Shown: positions 30,524-38,635 of the stretch, in pieces
Layout: every line of letters begins with the position of its first letter
Position numbering within the stretch: position 1 is the stretch's first letter
Assembly (NCBI GenBank): GCA_905182795.1
Contig: CAJJCZ010000012.1
Span: forward strand, 437-64,436
Reading direction: 5' to 3'
DNA length: 64,000 nucleotides
Source of the DNA: an uncultured bacterium
GTDB taxonomy: Bacteria > Fidelibacterota > Marinisomatia > Marinisomatales > Marinisomataceae
Notes under the pieces: generated by a model
What the model was told of the DNA's origin: nothing
What the model saw: the letters and a program-made list of their open reading frames with translations, nothing else
The model's database searches: none
Position numbers and translations under genes: made by a program

Positions 30524-31849
30524 ATGCAAACTCTTCCTATTAAAAAATTTGTCCTTGAAACTTATGGATGTCAAATGAATACAGCTGATTCTGAGCTTGT
30601 TGAAGGTATATTATTAGACTTAGGCTTAGAAAAAACACAAGATTTGCATGAGGCAGATGCAATCTTTCTTAATACATGTGCTATAAGAGAAAATGCAGAA
30701 GTCAAGGTTCATTCACGCTTAGGCAATCTCCGTAAAATAAAGCAAGTGAAGCCAGAATTAATCATTGGAGTTCTTGGTTGTATGGCTCAAAACCTTAAAG
30801 ATGATTTATTGAAAAATAAACCATATGTAGATATTATTTTAGGCCCTGATTCTTATAGGAATATTCCAAAACTAATGAATAGACATCTTATAGAGAAAAA
30901 GAGTATTGTTGATACAAAATTATCAAAATACGAAGTATATGAAGATATGTTTCCAAGTAGAGGAGATACTTTCAATGCATGGGTTTCTATTATGAGAGGT
31001 TGTGATAAATTTTGTTCTTTTTGTATAGTGCCTTTTACTAGAGGAAGAGAAAGAAGTAGAAGTGTTGATAGCGTTATTACTGAAGTAAAGAAAGCAGTAG
31101 ATGAAGGCTATGTCGAAATCACTTTATTGGGACAAAATGTAAACTCCTACAAGCATGAAAAGAAATCATTCGCTGATTTATTGTTGGCAGTATCTGATAT
31201 TCCCGGTGTTAAAAGAATTAGATATACCTCACCTCATCCGCAAGATATCAATATAGAATTACTAGAAGTGATGGCTTCTAGAGATAATATTTGTAACTAT
31301 GTACACTTTCCAATGCAATCAGGATCAAATGAAGTATTAAAGCGTATGAATAGAACCTATACAAGAGAACACTTTTATTATATGGCTAAAAAAATTAGAG
31401 AGATTATGCCTAATTGCGGTTTATCTACAGATATTATTGTAGGGTTTCCAGGAGAAACTGATGAACAATTTAGAGAGACCTTAGACTTGATGGAGAAAAT
31501 CAAATTTAATTCTGCTTACACTTTTAAATATTCTTCAAGACCCTATACAAGAGCAGCTCAATTTTCTGACCAAATTCCAAAACAAATCAAAAAAGATAGA
31601 TTGGATGAGATGCTTAAGCTGCAACGAAAACATACGCTTGAACTAAATATGAAAAAAGTTGGAAATTTTGAACAAGTTTTAATAGAAAAAGAAAGTAAAA
31701 AATCTACAAATCATTGGGCAGGAAGAACTGATTCGAATGAATGGGTGATTTTAGAAAAAAATCATAGTAAAATTAAAGATATTATTCCGGTAGAAATTAT
31801 AGAGGCTAGTGGAGTAATTTTACGTGGAAAAGAAATAACAGGAGCATAA
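30524..31849 (+). CDS. miaB: tRNA-i6A37 methylthiotransferase
   Basis: ETYGCQMN N-terminal cluster, radical-SAM CDKFCSFCIVP and a TRAM-like C-terminus. Confidence 0.9.
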   Translation: MQTLPIKKFVLETYGCQMNTADSELVEGILLDLGLEKTQDLHEADAIFLNTCAIRENAEVKVHSRLGNLRKIKQVKPELIIGVLGCMAQNLKDDLLKNKPYVDIILGPDSYRNIPKLMNRHLIEKKSIVDTKLSKYEVYEDMFPSRGDTFNAWVSIMRGCDKFCSFCIVPFTRGRERSRSVDSVITEVKKAVDEGYVEITLLGQNVNSYKHEKKSFADLLLAVSDIPGVKRIRYTSPHPQDINIELLEVMASRDNICNYVHFPMQSGSNEVLKRMNRTYTREHFYYMAKKIREIMPNCGLSTDIIVGFPGETDEQFRETLDLMEKIKFNSAYTFKYSSRPYTRAAQFSDQIPKQIKKDRLDEMLKLQRKHTLELNMKKVGNFEQVLIEKESKKSTNHWAGRTDSNEWVILEKNHSKIKDIIPVEIIEASGVILRGKEITGA

Positions 31850-32163
31850 TGTTTAGAATATTAAGAGTATTATTTTTCTTAGGTTTTTTAGCAGGAGCTT
31901 TTTTGCTATTTGATAAAAATAGTGAGCCAATTGTGATCTACTTTTTTAAAGATAACGGCTATTCTATTCCTGGATATTTAGCTTTTATATTATTTACAAT
32001 GATAGGTGTAATTGTAGGATATATCATATCACTCAAATCTGTCTTTTCTTATCGATCAGAAATATCAAAACTTGTTAAAACAAACAAAGATACTTCAGAA
32101 GAGCTTGATAGTCTAAGAAATGTAGCGGTTGGCGAAGAGTTTAGCTTTACTGAAAAGGAGTAA
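31849..32163 (+). CDS. LapA-domain small inner-membrane protein
   Basis: Two TM helices plus a charged tail, directly upstream of a TM+TPR protein (LapA/LapB-like pairing). Confidence 0.5.
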   Translation: MFRILRVLFFLGFLAGAFLLFDKNSEPIVIYFFKDNGYSIPGYLAFILFTMIGVIVGYIISLKSVFSYRSEISKLVKTNKDTSEELDSLRNVAVGEEFSFTEKE

Positions 32164-32169
32164 ATACCC

Positions 32170-33216
32170 TTGAATATTATCTATTTTTTTATTGTATCTA
32201 CTCTACTCATTATTATTTATTTCGTAAGGAAGAGACCATCACAACAACCAAGCGATATTGAAGTATATAATCAGGCGTTAAAAGCCATCATCGATAACAA
32301 TCATGAGAAAGCATTTAAAATCTTAAAAAATATCATTGCCAAAGATTCAAACAATACAGAAGCATATTTATTATTAGGGAATCTTTTAAGAGATAGAGAT
32401 ATCAATAAAGCTACTAAGATTCATCAAACCATTATTGTTAGACCAAAATTATCAAAAGAGTTAAAGGTTCAGATTCATCAAGCTTTGGGTCTAGATTACT
32501 TAGAGCTTGGAAATACAGTCAGAGCAGAAGATGAATTTAAAAAAATGCTAGATATAGATTCTAAAAATAAATGGTCTTTAGGAATGTTAAAAAATATCGC
32601 TACTGAAAATAAATCATGGAATGATGCACTTGAGTATGAAAAAAAGCTAATAAAATACTATCCTGAGATTAAGAAGAGAGATGAATCAAAACTGAATTAT
32701 TTCGTTGCTATGGATTATAAAGATAAGAATAATGAAAAAAATTATCTGTACTACTTAAAAAAGAGTATTAAGTCAGATCATGTTTATAGTGAATCTTATC
32801 TAGAATTATCTTCGCATTATATTGATAATACAGATTTAGCTATGGAGCACCTTATTCTATTCTCTAAAGCAAATCCAAGTGGTAGTGTTACAGCATTCAA
32901 GAAAATTGAAAACCTTTTGTTTGATGAAAAAAGATTTGATGATGTAGAGAGTTTATATAGAAAAATTTTAGAAGATGATTTCAATAGCTATGCTTTCAAT
33001 CGATTGGTTGATATTTACCTTGAAAAAAATGAAAAAGATGAAGCTGTAGAATTGATAGAAAAATTTATGCCAAAATTTGACTACCACTCAAAAAGTTCTA
33101 ATAAATCATATGTAATACGATTAAATCGAATGAAGGTAGATTCAGATAATTTTGATATGAGAAAAGCTTTATCGAGCTTTTGTAACGATATAATTGAGAA
33201 TGAGAATATTAATTAG
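32170..33216 (+). CDS. TM-anchored TPR protein (LapB/YciM-like, no rubredoxin C-terminus)
   Basis: N-terminal TM helix and TPR-like repeats (AYLLLGNLL..., LGLDYLELGN...). TTG start. I found no CxxC pairs at the C-terminus. Confidence 0.55.
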   Translation: MNIIYFFIVSTLLIIIYFVRKRPSQQPSDIEVYNQALKAIIDNNHEKAFKILKNIIAKDSNNTEAYLLLGNLLRDRDINKATKIHQTIIVRPKLSKELKVQIHQALGLDYLELGNTVRAEDEFKKMLDIDSKNKWSLGMLKNIATENKSWNDALEYEKKLIKYYPEIKKRDESKLNYFVAMDYKDKNNEKNYLYYLKKSIKSDHVYSESYLELSSHYIDNTDLAMEHLILFSKANPSGSVTAFKKIENLLFDEKRFDDVESLYRKILEDDFNSYAFNRLVDIYLEKNEKDEAVELIEKFMPKFDYHSKSSNKSYVIRLNRMKVDSDNFDMRKALSSFCNDIIENENIN

Positions 33217-33844
33217 AGCAATCCTTATATTAGTTTGTGTAGTAAATATACTATTTAGTCAAACTACAGATTCAGGAGTCCTTTATCAGCAAGCTACTAA
33301 TACCGTTGATGCAGATAAGGCATCTAAAATCTATGATAAAATTATCCAGTTAAATAGTAAGTCTGATTATTATTGGTTATCAATATTGAAAAAAGCTGAA
33401 ATTAACTATGCTATAGGTTCATACATCTCTGCTTCTAACCTATTTAAAGAGTTCAATATCGAAGCCCCAACACATTTAGTGACAGATGATTCAAAAGATC
33501 TTTTTTTTAAGTCATTAACTGCTGCAGGACAGATAGATTCTTTAAAGGTTTATCAGAAAAAATTAAATAGCTCAGGGTTTTCAAAAAAAACAAAAACTAT
33601 TGCAAAGAAAAATAATGTATGGTTTGTACAGTTCGGCGTTTATAGTAAAAAAGAGAGTGCAAATATTTTAAAAGAATCTTTAATAGAGGATGGTTTGTCA
33701 GGCATTCAAGTAAGTCAAGTTATGAACAGAGGAAAAATGATTTATTATGTTAGGGGTATTAATGTTAAATCATATGCTTTAGTACAAAAACAAGCAAACA
33801 AACTTAAAAAGAAGGATATTGATTTTATTATATCTGGATATTAA
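33200..33844 (+). CDS. Secreted SPOR-domain protein
   Basis: Signal-like ILIRAILILVCVVNILFSQ. C-terminal SPOR pattern VWFVQFGVYSKKESA...MIYYVRGINV. ATG at 33200 preferred over the TTG at 33194. Confidence 0.6.
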   Translation: MRILIRAILILVCVVNILFSQTTDSGVLYQQATNTVDADKASKIYDKIIQLNSKSDYYWLSILKKAEINYAIGSYISASNLFKEFNIEAPTHLVTDDSKDLFFKSLTAAGQIDSLKVYQKKLNSSGFSKKTKTIAKKNNVWFVQFGVYSKKESANILKESLIEDGLSGIQVSQVMNRGKMIYYVRGINVKSYALVQKQANKLKKKDIDFIISGY

Positions 33845-33848
33845 GAGT

Positions 33849-35690
33849 TTATTTCTTTGCTACTTTATATAATCCAATAATAATAGCTGATATCAGAGCT
33901 AATGCTACTATATCATTATAGGGAGAAGGTAAAGCATACTCAGGCCAGTAATTTTTATTAAAGAATAAAGGTATAGCAATAAATATAGCCATCAACGCTT
34001 CTCCAGTAATTAAGCCTGAAGCCAGCAGTAAACCATTATTCTTACCTGATTCAGAAGCAGTTTTTCCAGCAAAATGATTAAGCATTCCACCAACAAAAAT
34101 AGGAAAAGTTAATTCAATAGGAAGATAGATTCCAATCGCAACTGCCAATATAGGTACTCTAAATTCTGCGCCTCTACGTAATTGATATTGATCAAGCATA
34201 ATAATTAAGATGCCTAATACTCCACCAGCATAAATCATTCCCCATTCTAGATTGCCAGAGAATACGCCATTTGCTACACTAGTCATGAGTACTGCCTGAG
34301 GTGCAGGTAAGTCTGAGCTTCCAATACCATACGCTTCATGTAAGAGTGTTAAAACGATTCCAAGTGTTAATGCAGAGCTAATAACACCTACTAGCTGCAT
34401 AAGTTGTTGCTTCCATGGAGTAGCACCAACAATATTACCAGTTTTAAGATCTTGTAGATTATCTCCACCAATTGCAGCTGCACAACATACTACTGCACCA
34501 ATAAGAATAGCAGCAGCAGCCCCTTTAGATGAATCCACATCAAAGAAAGTAATAATTAATAATGAACTGAATAATATTGTGGCGATAGTCACACCTGATA
34601 TAGGATTATTTGAAGATCCTACTACCCCTGCCATATAAGCAGCAACAGCAGAGAATAGGAATCCAAAGATACACATAATAATAGATAGTATAATTGCAGA
34701 AGTCCAAGATGGAATAATATCAAAATATGTAAAGGATATAGGTATAAGCATTAATAAGATAGCTATAAACACATAGTTAATAGGAAGATCCCTCTCTTCC
34801 AATGGAACATCGCTAGCATTATCTCCTAAGGTTTTTAGACTAAGCTGGATACTTTCAATGAGAGGTTTTGCTAGTTGAATAACAGACCAGATTCCACCAA
34901 CTACCATTGCTCCAACACCTAAATAACGTATTTTTGCATTCCAAATAATATTTGCACCCTCAAATAAAGAATCGCCTTCATGTCCATATAAATAAGAATA
35001 AATAGGAATTGCTACCGCCCATGAGATTAATCCACCAGAGAAAGCAAGGATACCAATATTTCTACCTACAATATATCCTACACTAATAAGTGAAGGAGAT
35101 AAGCTGGCGCCCATTCCAAAAATAGCACCTCTAATAGCTATTGCTCCACCTACAGCACTAGACCAAATTCCAAACGCTAATTCTCCGAGTTTAACTACTC
35201 CTCCTACAAGAGCTGATAGCCCAATTAGTTTTAAACTTTCACTCGATTTTTTAGCATCAGATTCATGCCCTGTTTTTAATACAGCGGCAGTTGCAACACC
35301 TTCAGGAAATTTTAAATTTGCTTTCAAGATTAATGCGCGTCTTAATGGTACAGTAAATAATGCTCCTAATATTCCACCTACCATAGCAATCTTGGTTACT
35401 TCCCAGTAATTAATAGTATCCCAATAGCCTATCAATACAAGAGCAGGAATAGTAAAAATAACTCCAGCCGCTAATGATTCTCCAGCTGATGCAGCGGTTT
35501 GTACAATATTATTTTCTAGAATATTTGATTCACGAAATAGTTTTAAGATTCCCATGGACATAATTGCAGCAGGAATAGAAGCAGAGATTGTCATACCTGC
35601 ATACAAGCCTAAGTAGGCCATTGCAGAAGAAAGAACTATTGACAGAAAAATACTTAAAAAAAATGCTTTTACTGTTATCTCTTGTTTCAT
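33849..35690 (-). CDS. OPT-family oligopeptide transporter
   Basis: 613 aa polytopic membrane protein with an OPT-like N-terminus (GLYAGMTISASIPAA) and C-terminal GEALM motif. Confidence 0.85.
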   Translation of the reverse strand: MKQEITVKAFFLSIFLSIVLSSAMAYLGLYAGMTISASIPAAIMSMGILKLFRESNILENNIVQTAASAGESLAAGVIFTIPALVLIGYWDTINYWEVTKIAMVGGILGALFTVPLRRALILKANLKFPEGVATAAVLKTGHESDAKKSSESLKLIGLSALVGGVVKLGELAFGIWSSAVGGAIAIRGAIFGMGASLSPSLISVGYIVGRNIGILAFSGGLISWAVAIPIYSYLYGHEGDSLFEGANIIWNAKIRYLGVGAMVVGGIWSVIQLAKPLIESIQLSLKTLGDNASDVPLEERDLPINYVFIAILLMLIPISFTYFDIIPSWTSAIILSIIMCIFGFLFSAVAAYMAGVVGSSNNPISGVTIATILFSSLLIITFFDVDSSKGAAAAILIGAVVCCAAAIGGDNLQDLKTGNIVGATPWKQQLMQLVGVISSALTLGIVLTLLHEAYGIGSSDLPAPQAVLMTSVANGVFSGNLEWGMIYAGGVLGILIIMLDQYQLRRGAEFRVPILAVAIGIYLPIELTFPIFVGGMLNHFAGKTASESGKNNGLLLASGLITGEALMAIFIAIPLFFNKNYWPEYALPSPYNDIVALALISAIIIGLYKVAKK

Positions 35691-35711
35691 AATTTCAACT
35701 TACAAATTATT

Positions 35712-35778
35712 TAACAGGGGTGCAATTGCTGAGAACATACCCTACGACTTGATCTAGATAATGCTAGCGTAAGGAAAA
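35712..35778 (+). promoter_or_regulatory. TPP (THI-box) riboswitch aptamer
   Basis: Conserved blocks in the expected order: GGGGTGC (35717-35723), GCTGAGA (35728-35734), ACCCT (35739-35743), TGATCTAGATAATGCTAGCGTAAGGAA (35750-35776). The AGGA at 35772-35775 lies inside the aptamer 3' end, 11 nt before the ATG at 35787. Confidence 0.8.
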
Positions 35779-35786
35779 ATAAAAAA

Positions 35787-36092
35787 ATGAAAAATAAATA
35801 TATATCATACTTAACACTGATTGCGATGTTCTTTGTGAGCATCCAAGTATTTCATCATCACGATTTAGACTTATCGAATGAAAATGTACTTAATCGTAAT
35901 ATTGAATCAATAATAAATGAAGATATACATAAGTGTGATCTTTGTAAGCTAGGTTATACCAAATTTTTTCTTACAGAAGATACTTTTTTATTTAATGAAG
36001 TTTTTTCTAGTAGTTGTGGTATAGTTCAGCCTAAGGCATATTTTTATAAAGAAATTTATAAAATATCAAATAAATCTCCACCTCTAGTTTAA
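35787..36092 (+). CDS. Small membrane-anchored protein with His cluster, CxxC and C-terminal PP motif
   Basis: TM helix (YLTLIAMFFVSIQVF) followed by HHHD, then CDLC, ending KSPPLV. First ORF after the riboswitch, upstream of the receptor. Confidence 0.5.
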   Translation: MKNKYISYLTLIAMFFVSIQVFHHHDLDLSNENVLNRNIESIINEDIHKCDLCKLGYTKFFLTEDTFLFNEVFSSSCGIVQPKAYFYKEIYKISNKSPPLV

Positions 36093-36167
36093 TAATTATA
36101 CAATTATAATATTAATCGATATCTATAAAAGGTATCTAATTTATTAAACTCATTTAAGGAGAAAAAA

Positions 36168-38588
36168 ATGAAACGATTTATTTTAACACTATTTTTCATG
36201 AGCATTATTTTTGCTCAATCAACAATCACGGGACTTGTCATTGATCAAGATACAGGTCTTCCATTAAAGGATGCAAATGTATCTGTCGTCGATGACAGTG
36301 GAGCAAGCATTGCTGGAACTAGTACAGATGATGATGGAAAATTTGAACTTAGTCTTTCTGAAGGCAGAAAAGTTCAAGTCTCTGTTATTGGATATGAGAA
36401 TGCAACTGCTGATGTAGTATTTAATCAGTCTATGATTTTCAATCTTGTAAGCGAAGCCATATCTTTTGAAGGTGTAAGAGTCTTCTCGTCACTTCGCAAA
36501 GTTAATGAAGGTGACCTAGCTACTTCAGCAATCATTTTTAATGATGAGCTACAAGTTAAGCAAGGACAGCACTTCAGTGACTTAATACAAAAAGTTCCAA
36601 ATCTAAATTATGCAGGTGGAACTTCCAGACCGAAATATTTTCAAATTAGAGGAGAGGGTTCTGTAAGTCGATATGCTGACCAAGGACCTCCAAGTACTTA
36701 TGTTGGATTGGTTTTAGATGGGATGGATCTGTCTGAACTTGGTATGATTACACCTCTTTTTGATATGCAGCAAGTAGAAGTACTAATGGGTGTCCAAACT
36801 AGTTTATTTGGTGCATCAGCATCTTCTGGTTTGATTAATTTTAAAACTAACGATCCAACGGATAAACAAGAAGGATATGTTATGACCCAATTTGGTTCAT
36901 ACAATACTCTTACAAATGGAATTGTCTATAATACTCCATTATCAAATGGTTGGAAGTTAAGATTAGTAGGTCACTCGAATGTTTCAGATGGATATAAAGA
37001 TAATGTTGCTTCAGGCATAGATTATGCATCAGCAAATAGAGATGAGACATCATTTAGAGCTAAATTATTAAAGACTGGCGATAATAATATTACGCAAAAG
37101 TATACAATGATTTACTCTGATTTTGATAATGGATATGATAACTGGGCTCCAGATAATAATACTGATAATATTACCTATTCAGATAATCCAGGTAAAGACA
37201 GTCAAAAATCACAGATTTTTATAGCTGACTATAGTTATGATCTTGATGAAGGTTTTGCTGATCTGAATGTCGGTGTATCAAACAATGAAACATTACATAG
37301 TTATGATTCAGATTGGGGAAATTATCAATTTTGGATTCAAGATCCTTACAACTTTGATCCAGCAGTAGAAGGATATCAATATGACTTTTTTGATTCATTC
37401 GATAGAGACATTGATACAAGAACTGTTGATTTTAGATTAAGATCAAATACTGCCAATGATAATAAAGTAGACTATGTAATGGGATTATATCAGTCTAATT
37501 ATGAAGAAAAAACTAATGCAGATGGATACATTTTTGGAGGCTCTTCCACAGGTTTAGCTTCTGCTTATGATATTATCACAAAGTCTGCATATGGTGAATT
37601 AGCATTTAATTTTAAAAATGATTCATCAGTTTCTTTAGCCTTTAGATCCGAAGCTAGAGATCTTACATATAATGATTTTAATGATAAAAGTGCAAGCTTT
37701 GATATGATGGGTGATTTTGAAAACTCATATAAAATTGCTTATGAATTTCATCCAACTCCAACCCTACATTGGTTTGCTTATTACGCTGAAGGATATCATC
37801 CTGCAGGTATAAATCAAAATCCATATTTAGACGCGGATGAAAAAACATATGATGCAGAAACTTATTTTGATATAACTACTGGAATAAGATGGTATACTGA
37901 TAATATAAAATTATCAAGTTCTCTATTTTACTTAGAGCATGATGGTCATATTTATGAAACAAGTGAGCAATTGGATCCAATGAATCCTAATGCATTTGCT
38001 TTTTTTAAGACAAATGCTGAATCAGGCTATGAGTATGGTTCTGAATCAACTGGTGAATTTAGAATAAGTGATAAATTTACTATTAATGCTACTTTAGGAT
38101 TATTGAGTTCTGAAATTGAGTTGGGTGGTCATGATGAACATGGCGATGATGACCATGATGAAGACCACGGCGATGATGACCATGATGAAGACCACGGCGA
38201 TGATGACCATGATGAACATGGCGATGAACATGAAGGTCATGAGCATGGTAAAAAAGCACATTCACCAAACTGGAATTACAGCTTATCATTTAACTATGAT
38301 TTCACTGTAAACAATTCTTTAATGATTGAAATTTCAGGAAAAGATGGATTTGTATTTGATTCTGCGCATGATGAGTATGAATCAGAACCATATCATCTAT
38401 TGAATGCATATTATAATCATTCAATCAATCAATTTGATCTAGGATTCTATGCAAAGAATATCCTTGATGAAAGTTACACAGATAGAGGATTTATTATTGG
38501 TCTAGAACCTCCAATATATCAAGAGAAGCTATACAAGTCTTTTGGACCTCCAAGAGAAATTGGAATGTCATTAACATATAGTTTCTAA
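36168..38588 (+). CDS. TonB-dependent outer-membrane receptor with CarboxypepD_reg-like N-terminal domain
   Basis: Signal peptide, STITGLVIDQDTGLPLKDANVSV... domain, plug region, long beta-barrel ending in ...GMSLTYSF. GGAG Shine-Dalgarno upstream. Confidence 0.9.
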   Translation: MKRFILTLFFMSIIFAQSTITGLVIDQDTGLPLKDANVSVVDDSGASIAGTSTDDDGKFELSLSEGRKVQVSVIGYENATADVVFNQSMIFNLVSEAISFEGVRVFSSLRKVNEGDLATSAIIFNDELQVKQGQHFSDLIQKVPNLNYAGGTSRPKYFQIRGEGSVSRYADQGPPSTYVGLVLDGMDLSELGMITPLFDMQQVEVLMGVQTSLFGASASSGLINFKTNDPTDKQEGYVMTQFGSYNTLTNGIVYNTPLSNGWKLRLVGHSNVSDGYKDNVASGIDYASANRDETSFRAKLLKTGDNNITQKYTMIYSDFDNGYDNWAPDNNTDNITYSDNPGKDSQKSQIFIADYSYDLDEGFADLNVGVSNNETLHSYDSDWGNYQFWIQDPYNFDPAVEGYQYDFFDSFDRDIDTRTVDFRLRSNTANDNKVDYVMGLYQSNYEEKTNADGYIFGGSSTGLASAYDIITKSAYGELAFNFKNDSSVSLAFRSEARDLTYNDFNDKSASFDMMGDFENSYKIAYEFHPTPTLHWFAYYAEGYHPAGINQNPYLDADEKTYDAETYFDITTGIRWYTDNIKLSSSLFYLEHDGHIYETSEQLDPMNPNAFAFFKTNAESGYEYGSESTGEFRISDKFTINATLGLLSSEIELGGHDEHGDDDHDEDHGDDDHDEDHGDDDHDEHGDEHEGHEHGKKAHSPNWNYSLSFNYDFTVNNSLMIEISGKDGFVFDSAHDEYESEPYHLLNAYYNHSINQFDLGFYAKNILDESYTDRGFIIGLEPPIYQEKLYKSFGPPREIGMSLTYSF
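38142..38216 (+). repeat. In-frame 27-bp perfect tandem repeat (2 full copies plus 21 nt) encoding GDDDHDEDH units
   Basis: GGCGATGATGACCATGATGAAGACCAC at 38142-38168 and 38169-38195, then the first 21 nt again at 38196-38216. Confidence 0.95.
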
Positions 38589-38601
38589 TGTCTTATTTTC
38601 A

Positions 38602-38635
38602 TAATTTAGCGGGTATTGTATTACCCGCTAAATTA
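38602..38635 (+). terminator. Perfect 14-bp stem, 6-nt loop hairpin between the receptor gene and polA
   Basis: TAATTTAGCGGGTA (38602-38615), loop TTGTAT, TACCCGCTAAATTA (38622-38635). No T-tract follows, and the last stem base is the A of the polA ATG. Function (terminator or translational element) is uncertain. Confidence 0.4.

Noticed and set aside
38089-38310. Two ~65-aa His- or Met-rich ORFs (38089-38289 minus strand, 38116-38310 plus strand).
   Set aside because: They are frame artefacts of the 27-bp tandem repeat inside the TonB-dependent receptor gene.
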